Source: a virus (taxonomy: Duplodnaviria > Heunggongvirae > Uroviricota > Caudoviricetes). Taken from it: 64,000 bases of DNA. The translations under genes were made by a program, and so were the position numbers. The stretch is taken from the IMG/VR virus record IMGVR_UViG_3300029516_000004, positions 31,480 to 95,479 of that record, one strand, 5' to 3'. Positions 53,407 through 61,831 of this stretch are shown here, in pieces. The first letter of the stretch is position 1. The number at the start of each line of letters is the position of its first letter. The notes under the pieces were generated by a model. The model worked only from the letters and a program-made list of their open reading frames with translations. It made no database searches and was not told where the DNA came from.

Positions 53407-54018
53407 ATGGGGCTTAATGTTGCTTCAGTAAAGTCTTATGTATCTTCGGCATTAACGACGACATTATTTGGCTCCGGCGTTGGTGAGCGGGAAGTTGGCA
53501 AGCTGACGTCAATCATCATGAACAAAATGCTGTTCGCGCAAGGATGGCAGTTCTCTGTCGAAGTTGATGGTCTGGAGGGGGCAGACTTCTTTGCTAAAGA
53601 CATTACCTACCACGATTACAGCATCGAATATGAAACGATTAAAATCGGCGGAGGGAATATCCTTCAGCCAACGGAGCGTTCGCCTGGGCAGATAACAATG
53701 ATGGTCAGGGATACCGTTGATGGCCTCGTTTTGGACTGGTTTAAGACGGCAAAAAGTCGGGTGATCAATCCGGACGGTACCGGGAATATACCGTCTAAAT
53801 ATTTGCTCAATGTGCGTATTTATCGGTTGCTGTCTTCCGGCTTAACCAAACTGGAAAATGAGATGACGGTATTCCCGGTCACTACCGGCGATGTCACCTA
53901 TGCGCGAGATCAGGTTACTGAATTTAAGTCATTCCCAATGACCTTCGCATTGCACAGCACGTTTAACCAATCCTCAAGTTCTTTGGCTTCCCTTCTGGGC
54001 TTTAGTTTTTCTCTTTGA
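53407..54018 (+). CDS. putative tail/baseplate structural protein (203 aa)
   Basis: ORF in late operon with AGGAGG RBS. Confidence 0.55.
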   Translation: MGLNVASVKSYVSSALTTTLFGSGVGEREVGKLTSIIMNKMLFAQGWQFSVEVDGLEGADFFAKDITYHDYSIEYETIKIGGGNILQPTERSPGQITMMVRDTVDGLVLDWFKTAKSRVINPDGTGNIPSKYLLNVRIYRLLSSGLTKLENEMTVFPVTTGDVTYARDQVTEFKSFPMTFALHSTFNQSSSSLASLLGFSFSL

Positions 54019-54032
54019 ATTAAGGAGCAAGG

Positions 54033-54914
54033 ATGCTTTTACCCCTTTTCCCGCTACCATCGCGGCCAACTGAATTGATCCAGTTCCGTCAGCCAAATAT
54101 TGCTGATGCGATGCGTTTCAACTCGATAACACCGGAGGAACAAGAACAACAGACAACGGCGTATTTAAAAGCCTTGCTGGCTGAACCCGCGAAACATGAT
54201 CCCCTGACATGGACGGCGCAGGACCGGATTACCGCGTTATGGTGGATATTTACCGGCTCCCGTGAAACACCGGTCGAGACATTCACCTACACCTGTAAAC
54301 ATTGCGGTAAAGAGCATTATTACGATTGCGATATGAATGCTCTGGCTGAAGATATCCAGGTCCTGGAAGTGGAACCGTTCATTGACGATATTGAGGTGCC
54401 TGTAGAGGGAGTACCTTATCAATGGCGTATCGTGCCGCTTGATGGTTGGGCAATGGAAATGCTGGAGATGCGCCGTGCAGCATTGCCACCTGAAGACGAC
54501 GCGGAATTCAAAGAAGCGATCGTTGATTTGCGTTTTTGGGAATTCGCTTATCAGTGTGAGCTTTATAACGATGTTAGTGGTACTCGTGAAGATCAGGCTG
54601 AGCGTCGTTATGAAACGATTAAACGGATGGCCATTGATACTGAATTTATGAAGCTGGCGGCACACATCCGACTGGCTCATGAAAAGCTCGAACATGGTTT
54701 ACCGTGCTACATCGATAAAGGTGAAATGCGTCTTCGTCTCCCGCCGCATAAATGCCCAAATCAGGATAAAAAGGAGTCCACAGAGGGTGCATATACCCGT
54801 CTGTGGGTGCCCTTTCGGGCTACCGACTTCATTCCACAGGTGGGGATTGAAAAGCTATCAGACCTTAGTGTCCAACCTGGTTTTGTATGGGGGTATACCG
54901 ATTCAGGACGCTGA
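54033..54914 (+). CDS. putative virion morphogenesis protein (293 aa)
   Basis: ORF in late operon immediately upstream of sit. Confidence 0.55.
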   Translation: MLLPLFPLPSRPTELIQFRQPNIADAMRFNSITPEEQEQQTTAYLKALLAEPAKHDPLTWTAQDRITALWWIFTGSRETPVETFTYTCKHCGKEHYYDCDMNALAEDIQVLEVEPFIDDIEVPVEGVPYQWRIVPLDGWAMEMLEMRRAALPPEDDAEFKEAIVDLRFWEFAYQCELYNDVSGTREDQAERRYETIKRMAIDTEFMKLAAHIRLAHEKLEHGLPCYIDKGEMRLRLPPHKCPNQDKKESTEGAYTRLWVPFRATDFIPQVGIEKLSDLSVQPGFVWGYTDSGR

Positions 54915-54995
54915 AAGGCTTACTGAATCCTATGCGTTTTTCCTGTTGGAGAAACTGGAAGAAAAACTTAAACCGAAACGGTAGGCGATAAGATC

Positions 54996-57900
54996 ATGGA
55001 AAGAAAAAACGCCAATATTGACGATGTTATAAGGACAGTTGAAACCGCCAGCGCGAAAGAGCTGGAAGAGCTTGCAGGTATTCGGGAAGCTGTTGAAGAT
55101 TTGAAAGGGGAACGCGTTGCAACTGTTGACCCAGTATCTCGCAGTGTGTCGGCATTAAATCGCACAATCGAAAATTCACGTCCTGACTTTGTGACCAATG
55201 CGCCATCAGTGGACCCTATTGTTGACGCAATAAAACGGCTTAATTTAGGGGACGTTTCTCGTATACGGGAGGACAAAGTCACTAACCGTGAACAGCAGGC
55301 TGCACCAACAGCGCACAATCCCCCAAATAGACGAAGAGAGGCAATAACAGAGGATGTTAAAGCACAGCGGTTAGAAACGGTCAAACTCGCTCGTGATTTG
55401 AAAGGGGAACGCGTTGCAACGGTTGACCCAGTATCTCGCAGTGTGTCGGCATTAAATCGAACAATCGAAAATTCCCGGCCAGACTTTGTGGCCAATGCGC
55501 CATCAGTAGACCCTATTGTTGACGCAATGAAACGGCTTAATTTAGGGGACGTTTCTCGTATAGTTCAGGAGGGCATTGCTCAACAGGAACAGCAGGTCAA
55601 ATCAACTACACCAAAGGGTAAAAAACGACGCAGGAAGGCTATACCAGAGGATATAAAGGCGCAACGGACCGAAGCAGCCGAACACGCTCGCGAAATGTTC
55701 GATCAAAAAGGCGGTGCGCAAAAAAGCCAAAACCAACGCGATGCGCGTGGTCGTTTTATTGGAAAGTCAGGGAGTAAGGCCGCAGCGGAAGATGCCCGTG
55801 CTGAACGTGCTGAAAGGGCCAGGCGCAAAGAGGATGATGAGCGTCTAAATGCTGAATCAGGTTTATTAAAAAAACTGTCAAAAGTAGCTGAAGGCATAGG
55901 TAACCCTTCAGAGACTCGTGCCGTCGATGCGTTAGGTTATGCCGTTGCTGGTCCATTGTGGGCAGCAGGGAAGGAGCTTGGCGGGATATCAAAAGAAGTT
56001 GGTGGATCGCTTAATGGTGCCAGAAAGTCTATTGCCGATGTGATTCGTGGCAATGACGATAACAGCCGTAGAAAAGGTTTTTTTAGGCGTAAATCGCAAA
56101 ATAGTGCCGATGTCGTTCAGGTTAACACCCAAAAACGGACGGTTCAGGAACTTCAGGAGCAGACCAGCGAAATTAAAGAGGGCAATGACAAGATTCTCAG
56201 CGCCCTTGATCAGATAGCCAAAAACACCGGGAAAAAGAAGGGCGGCTTGCTGTCCAAACTATTTAGCCTGTTAGGGAAGGGGGCCGGTGGCGTCGCGTCG
56301 TTGTTAATGGGGCGTGGCATGCTGAAAAAAGCTGGAGCACTCGCTTTTGGCGCTCTGGGGGCAAAGAAACTTGTAGGAATGCTACGCGGTGGTGGCAAGA
56401 AGACTATCGCCCATGAAGGTGGAGATTTGGCTGCCCGGGCAGCAGGTAAACTTGGATTAAAGGCAGTTGGTAAAGGGGCGTTACGCGCAATTCCCTTAGT
56501 CGGCACAGTGGCTGGAGGTATTTATGATGCGGTAACCGGTTGGAATGATACAGAAGCGCAACGTCGAGCGTTTGGGCTTAAATCAGGACAAGATCCATCA
56601 TTCCAGCAAAAAGCCGCTTATACGTTAGCCAATGTTCTTGATATGGGGGGACTGGTATCTGGTATTAGCAGCGCCATTGGTGAGGTTCTCAAATCACTTG
56701 GATTTGAGGATATCGGCAATATGTTGCAATCATTTTCGACGGAAAGTATTGCCCAGGCCATTGATAGTGGGATTACCAACTTAGAAACATATATTTCTAA
56801 CCTTGGCGACACCATTTCTACCAAGTTCGAAGATTACACAGCAAAGATTGGTGATGCTGTTTCAGCATGGTTTAGCGATACATCTAATAAGCTGCTTGAA
56901 AAGCTGGATGCCATCAAAGACTTCTTTACTGTTGATAACCTGAAACAGGTTTTCAGTGATGCAATTGATAGTGCAATTGATTTCATTAAGAACCCAGGGA
57001 AACACATTAAAGAGGCGGCTGGTAATATTTGGGATGGGGTTAAAAATTTACCTGGTAAAGCATTAGATGCAGCGGTTGATGCCGTTAAAAATACCCCTGC
57101 GGCAATGATTGTATCAAAAATACCCAATCCGATCGGCGAAGCTAATGCGAAAGAAATCACTCCAGAGTTAAAAGCTCCGGTTAATAGCCACCAGGAGACA
57201 TCTGATTCTAAAACTGAATCCGATGCCAAACAGACTAATATTGTTACCCGCGTGATAAATGCGGCACTGGACTCGGCGAAAGATAGCAATAAAACAGTTA
57301 AAGAAACTGCGAATCAGATTATCAATGCAAATGCCGTAGAAACGGGCAATAGCGCGTTGCAGAAAATTGATAAAGCTATTGGTCAAAATAGCTCGTCATC
57401 ATCGTCGCTTAATACCACTGGCACCAGGAATGACATTCAGAAAGCTGCGGATACCTACAACAATGGCCGCTTGGATGTAAAAGTCGGAAGTCTTGGATCT
57501 GAAGGTAAGGCAAATCTCGATAAGTTGGCTCCGTATTTTGCTGAACTAGAGAATAAATATGGTCTTCCAGAAGGCACTCTTTACGCGATTGCTGCAACTG
57601 AATCTGGTGGTAATCCGTATGCAAAATCCCAAACCGGTGCTCTGGGAATGTTTCAGTTCACGGGGATTGCTCGTGAAGAGACTGGCTTAGCTGAAGGTGA
57701 ATCGTTTGATCCTGTGAAATCGGCAGAAGCTGCGGCTCTTCTCATGAGCAAGTATCTGAAGCAAGCCAATGGAGACTTAAACGAGGCCATCACTGCATAT
57801 AACGCTGGGTTTGGCACTATCAATAAGTGGAAAAAAGGCACAGGTGACTTATCGAAAGAAAACCGTGAGTACGCGATCAAGGTCAATACTCATCGTGCTC

Positions 57901-58685
57901 GCTATTTAGGTGGTGAAATCTATACACCTGGAGCAGGAGCACAGGGTGGGGCGCAATATGGAGTGAGGGGACCACTGCCTGATAACGCTGTTATCGATCA
58001 GTCTACTGGCCTGGCGTTTACCCCTGGTGATAGCCCGTTTGAGAAAGGCGGTCTGGTAGACAAAATCGGCAATGCTGTTGGCGTTAACGATCTGGTCAAC
58101 AAATTCATGAATGGCCGGGGTATGCGTCGGGAAGTCGTTCAGGGAACGCTCGAAGAACGTGCACGAGGGAAGGGGACCGCAACAGCAGCTGGCAATGTGT
58201 ATGTTGATACTCCGATGCCAGTTGAAGAGGCGCGTCCGGTGGCCAGCAACTCAAGTTACTTTGACCAACTCGGCGCACAAATGGGGATTGATGGACTATT
58301 CGATAAACTCCGCAACTCGCCGGGGATGCGGAAAAATAATGCGACTGAACCAGCCTCCACGTCCAAGGTGACGACTGCCGCCAACGATTTGCAGCAACCA
58401 ACCGGTCGTATGCAGATAGACGGGCAGGTTATTAGTGACCTTGGCGGTTCCGGTGCCAAGCCGACAATGCAGTTGGCTGATAATACCGTTTCACTTGATG
58501 GTGAAACGAAGCGGCTGTTTGCGCAGATGACCTCATTGCTTGCCAGGATTGAAGAGCACACCAAAGACTCGGCGAAAGGCCAGGGAACTGTCGTAAAGGT
58601 CAGCACGCCTCAGCCGGGCGTTATGCGCACGGTACCACTGTCAATTGATGATCCGTTGATGAATGACTACGCGAGAGTTGATTGA
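54996..58685 (+). CDS. sit: Sit-like injection/tape-measure protein with lytic transglycosylase domain (1229 aa)
   Basis: SLT motifs AIAATESGGNPYAKSQTGALGMFQF; long Gly/Ala-rich and coiled segments; internal in-frame duplication. Confidence 0.85.
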   Translation: MERKNANIDDVIRTVETASAKELEELAGIREAVEDLKGERVATVDPVSRSVSALNRTIENSRPDFVTNAPSVDPIVDAIKRLNLGDVSRIREDKVTNREQQAAPTAHNPPNRRREAITEDVKAQRLETVKLARDLKGERVATVDPVSRSVSALNRTIENSRPDFVANAPSVDPIVDAMKRLNLGDVSRIVQEGIAQQEQQVKSTTPKGKKRRRKAIPEDIKAQRTEAAEHAREMFDQKGGAQKSQNQRDARGRFIGKSGSKAAAEDARAERAERARRKEDDERLNAESGLLKKLSKVAEGIGNPSETRAVDALGYAVAGPLWAAGKELGGISKEVGGSLNGARKSIADVIRGNDDNSRRKGFFRRKSQNSADVVQVNTQKRTVQELQEQTSEIKEGNDKILSALDQIAKNTGKKKGGLLSKLFSLLGKGAGGVASLLMGRGMLKKAGALAFGALGAKKLVGMLRGGGKKTIAHEGGDLAARAAGKLGLKAVGKGALRAIPLVGTVAGGIYDAVTGWNDTEAQRRAFGLKSGQDPSFQQKAAYTLANVLDMGGLVSGISSAIGEVLKSLGFEDIGNMLQSFSTESIAQAIDSGITNLETYISNLGDTISTKFEDYTAKIGDAVSAWFSDTSNKLLEKLDAIKDFFTVDNLKQVFSDAIDSAIDFIKNPGKHIKEAAGNIWDGVKNLPGKALDAAVDAVKNTPAAMIVSKIPNPIGEANAKEITPELKAPVNSHQETSDSKTESDAKQTNIVTRVINAALDSAKDSNKTVKETANQIINANAVETGNSALQKIDKAIGQNSSSSSSLNTTGTRNDIQKAADTYNNGRLDVKVGSLGSEGKANLDKLAPYFAELENKYGLPEGTLYAIAATESGGNPYAKSQTGALGMFQFTGIAREETGLAEGESFDPVKSAEAAALLMSKYLKQANGDLNEAITAYNAGFGTINKWKKGTGDLSKENREYAIKVNTHRARYLGGEIYTPGAGAQGGAQYGVRGPLPDNAVIDQSTGLAFTPGDSPFEKGGLVDKIGNAVGVNDLVNKFMNGRGMRREVVQGTLEERARGKGTATAAGNVYVDTPMPVEEARPVASNSSYFDQLGAQMGIDGLFDKLRNSPGMRKNNATEPASTSKVTTAANDLQQPTGRMQIDGQVISDLGGSGAKPTMQLADNTVSLDGETKRLFAQMTSLLARIEEHTKDSAKGQGTVVKVSTPQPGVMRTVPLSIDDPLMNDYARVD
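55098..55564 (+). repeat. in-frame direct duplication inside sit (about 170 bp repeated at 297-bp spacing)
   Basis: 55098-55267 nearly identical to 55395-55564; both encode GERVATVDPVSRSVSALNRTIENSRPDFV(T/A)NAPSVDPIVDA(I/M)KRLNLGDVSRI. Confidence 0.9.
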
Positions 58686-59041
58686 TGGCCAACAATAACG
58701 AAATTGATCCTTTGCTGACGCTGGAGTTATCCGGCGTAAAAACGTATGAGTCCCAGGAGGAGGCCTGGGGCGCTCGTTTATATGAGTGGCTAAACACTTA
58801 TCAGGGTGAGGTATACGGAGATCCGTCATGGGGCAATGTTTTACCGCAGTTTAAACACGAACCGACCAACTTGTCGCATGTTCAAATTGCGGTTGAGGCA
58901 ATGCTGTTGCAAAAACTGACGGTAGATTTACCTGACATACCGATTTCTGGCTTGTCAGTAGCCGAGGGAGATGCTTTTGATAAGTTGAAAATATCCATTC
59001 GTATCAGGGATATAACTATCACACAGGACGTGGTGCTATGA
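58682..59041 (+). CDS. putative baseplate wedge protein (119 aa)
   Basis: Small ORF coupled between sit and the baseplate J-like gene. Confidence 0.55.
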   Translation: MMANNNEIDPLLTLELSGVKTYESQEEAWGARLYEWLNTYQGEVYGDPSWGNVLPQFKHEPTNLSHVQIAVEAMLLQKLTVDLPDIPISGLSVAEGDAFDKLKISIRIRDITITQDVVL

Positions 59042-60471
59042 GTAAAACAACACCGACTAAAGACAGTATTCGTGCAGAGTTTGAAGAGCTTGTCGAGAAA
59101 GATTCATTCTGGTCGAAGTTTGTCGGCTCTCAATTTGTCTCGATGCTGACATTGTTTATTACCCAGATTGTCTACAGGTGCTTTCAGTATGCCGATGCGG
59201 CGCTGGCTGAAGGCTTTATATCGACCGCGACGCGGCGTTCCTCTATCCTGGCAGCGGCAGAAACGAATAGTTACGTTGGTACCAAGCCAACACCGTCATC
59301 GGGGATGATTGAGATCACCGCCACAAGTGAAGATGCTCCAGCGGTAATCCCCAAAAACATGCCTTTAATATCTGACGACCAGTACCCTTACATGACTATG
59401 GATGTATGCAGGTTGGTTGACGGCACCGGTACGGTAGAAGTGGCACAGTTGGAAATCCAGGAGGTGACATATACCGTTACGGCAGCCAAAGAATTTCTGG
59501 AAGTCGTGTTATCAAAGGCTCTTACTGCTGTCTGCTATAAGCTGGAAGTATTCGTGACGACCGATGGTAAGACCACGCAGTGGTCTTCCAGCACTATGTT
59601 CCGGTTAGCCGGTAGTAAAAGCCAGGTCTACGTTGAGTTTTATAAACCATCCGAGCAGTTGGGGGTTCGATTCGGCGATGGGCTAATTGGGCAAATACCG
59701 CCAGAAGGTTCGACAATTACGCTTAAGGTATGGTGCACCAACGGCGATATAACCCTGGTTGCTGGCCAAAACCTGACGCCTGTCGATTCTGCGGCTAATT
59801 TAGCTAATTTGATTTCAGTTAAGACAACGACACCTATAACCGCAGGTACCGATGCTGAAACAACGGAGATCACACGTAACCGTGCACAATATTACCTTGC
59901 CTATGATGATCAGGTCGTATGGGGCGGGGACTATACGTATTTTCTGGTTCGTAACATCCCTGGGCTGTCCTGGGTAAAGGCATGGGGCGAAGGCCAGCAA
60001 GAGAAATTAGATGGTGCTTATAATGTCCGGAATATCAATAAGATATTTATTTCAGGATGGCATCCAAACAAAAGCCAGTCAGAGCTTGAAGAAATGATCC
60101 TGGCTGCCTTTAAGAAGGTGCCGAATGAGTTGAACAAGAAATTCTCGTATAAAGAGGTCAGAAAACTACCCTTTAAGATCACCATCACCGGGCGGATATC
60201 GGCAAGCCTGACCATTGAGAACGTGACTGATGAGCTGAAGTCGGCACTGGAAACAAAATTTGGGCGTGACTCAACTTTCTTTGATCCGAACCGTGTCGGC
60301 AAGTACATCCTAATCAAGAAAAAAGACGTTTGGGCATTTATCGAAACGCTGGGTTATTTCCGCGACTTTTATCTGGAATTTGTCGAGTGGAATGAGTCAA
60401 ACGGCTTTTACGATTTCGTTTATCTGGATACAGAAAACTCCACCTTTAATATTTCGTATGAGGAGGAGTGA
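59038..60471 (+). CDS. putative baseplate J-like protein (477 aa)
   Basis: Size and operon position before tail-fibre genes. Confidence 0.6.
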   Translation: MSKTTPTKDSIRAEFEELVEKDSFWSKFVGSQFVSMLTLFITQIVYRCFQYADAALAEGFISTATRRSSILAAAETNSYVGTKPTPSSGMIEITATSEDAPAVIPKNMPLISDDQYPYMTMDVCRLVDGTGTVEVAQLEIQEVTYTVTAAKEFLEVVLSKALTAVCYKLEVFVTTDGKTTQWSSSTMFRLAGSKSQVYVEFYKPSEQLGVRFGDGLIGQIPPEGSTITLKVWCTNGDITLVAGQNLTPVDSAANLANLISVKTTTPITAGTDAETTEITRNRAQYYLAYDDQVVWGGDYTYFLVRNIPGLSWVKAWGEGQQEKLDGAYNVRNINKIFISGWHPNKSQSELEEMILAAFKKVPNELNKKFSYKEVRKLPFKITITGRISASLTIENVTDELKSALETKFGRDSTFFDPNRVGKYILIKKKDVWAFIETLGYFRDFYLEFVEWNESNGFYDFVYLDTENSTFNISYEEE

Positions 60472-61307
60472 TGCAACGTTCCTGGTTTAATAATCGGCTT
60501 ACATCAGCTAAGCAAAAGTCATTGCTCTATAAATCATTGGCTGATTTGGTTCAGTCAATGATGGACACCTTTGTTGACCCATGGTTGGAGCGAATTACCA
60601 ACCGGAAGTCTATTTTTTCCATGAGCAAGGAGGATCTGGAGACCAGGACAAATGAACTTGGCCAGTTCTTTACTATCAGAACCTCAAACTCATCTTCCGT
60701 TCCGATGTTGTTACAACAGCGGCTTGATGAGATTCACTTTAAGGGGACTGAACGCCCTATAAACCAGACAATTTACCGCGAATTTAACGGTATTTCTGTT
60801 TTATGGGATCCGATATATGCACCGGTGGACCTTGAACGTCATCCCTATGGCACAGTTCTAATACCAGAAAGCACACTGGAAACTACCGGCGGCACATTCG
60901 GCGAGATGTTTCTGACTTCCAGAGGGATGATCAGTATTCCCATAAACGACCTGGCCCGGACAATGGGTATTACTGGCACGATAGATCAGTCCGCAATTAC
61001 AGAAGAAATTCTCAGAAAGTTTAATCAGTTCGTAAAGCCTCTACTGCCACTGCATATAGTGTTTGATGGGCTTACGCTCTATTTGTCGGTTGTTGTGAAT
61101 GAACAGGCCGACATGATCACTTTGAACGAGATTTCTGATACCGAAAAAGCGTACTGCTGGTTTGAAACTTCGGATACAACTTCGCTTACTGGAGTTACGT
61201 CGATTAGCGCCCCGATCACCGCAACGCCTGGTGGCACTATTGTGAAAGCGACACCTACGTTTGATCGCACACGCGCAGATGATTTGTTGCTGGATAGCGA
61301 TGCCTGA
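60468..61307 (+). CDS. putative baseplate/tail-fibre-associated protein (279 aa)
   Basis: Translationally coupled ORF in the same operon. Confidence 0.55.
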   Translation: MMQRSWFNNRLTSAKQKSLLYKSLADLVQSMMDTFVDPWLERITNRKSIFSMSKEDLETRTNELGQFFTIRTSNSSSVPMLLQQRLDEIHFKGTERPINQTIYREFNGISVLWDPIYAPVDLERHPYGTVLIPESTLETTGGTFGEMFLTSRGMISIPINDLARTMGITGTIDQSAITEEILRKFNQFVKPLLPLHIVFDGLTLYLSVVVNEQADMITLNEISDTEKAYCWFETSDTTSLTGVTSISAPITATPGGTIVKATPTFDRTRADDLLLDSDA

Positions 61308-61385
61308 CAATCACCCCGTCCGCAGGGCGGGGTGACAAGTTACTTCTCTTACAATGAGGCTTCACAACATTGATTAGGGAAAATC

Positions 61386-61820
61386 ATGTCTGACGTCTCA
61401 ACAAACCTCTATAAGAGTCAGTTGTTGGACTATTACTATCAGCGGCGCGCTGAATCGTCCATTAACAAAGGCTCTCGATTTTTAATCAGCAAGGCCGTTT
61501 TCGGTACCAGTTCACTGGTTACTAAGAAAGGAGATGGCACTTATGAGATTGGAGAACTGCCAAAGGCTTTCGATCTGGCAGAACTGACCAGTAAATTTTG
61601 CACCATCAACCTCGTCCCAACCTACTCAGGCGGGATAATTACTGTCCGAATGGACCTTGATCAAAGCCAGTTGCAGAAAGGGAAAAACTACCCATTCAAC
61701 ACTCTGGTTGTTCTGGATAACGAGAACAAGCCAATCGCCATTATTTGTGTCCAGGAAGACTCGCTGTATGTGGGCAAAACATATACCGCAGTTATGGCCA
61801 TAAACACGACTACAGCATAA
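61386..61820 (+). CDS. putative tail-fibre structural protein R-like (144 aa)
   Basis: ORF immediately upstream of tail-fibre gene S. Confidence 0.55.
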   Translation: MSDVSTNLYKSQLLDYYYQRRAESSINKGSRFLISKAVFGTSSLVTKKGDGTYEIGELPKAFDLAELTSKFCTINLVPTYSGGIITVRMDLDQSQLQKGKNYPFNTLVVLDNENKPIAIICVQEDSLYVGKTYTAVMAINTTTA

Positions 61821-61831
61821 GGATATGCTTG

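Noticed and set aside
54968-55495. 175-aa minus-strand ORF inside sit
   Set aside because: Antisense to a long well-supported gene; its internally repeated sequence only mirrors the sit duplication.
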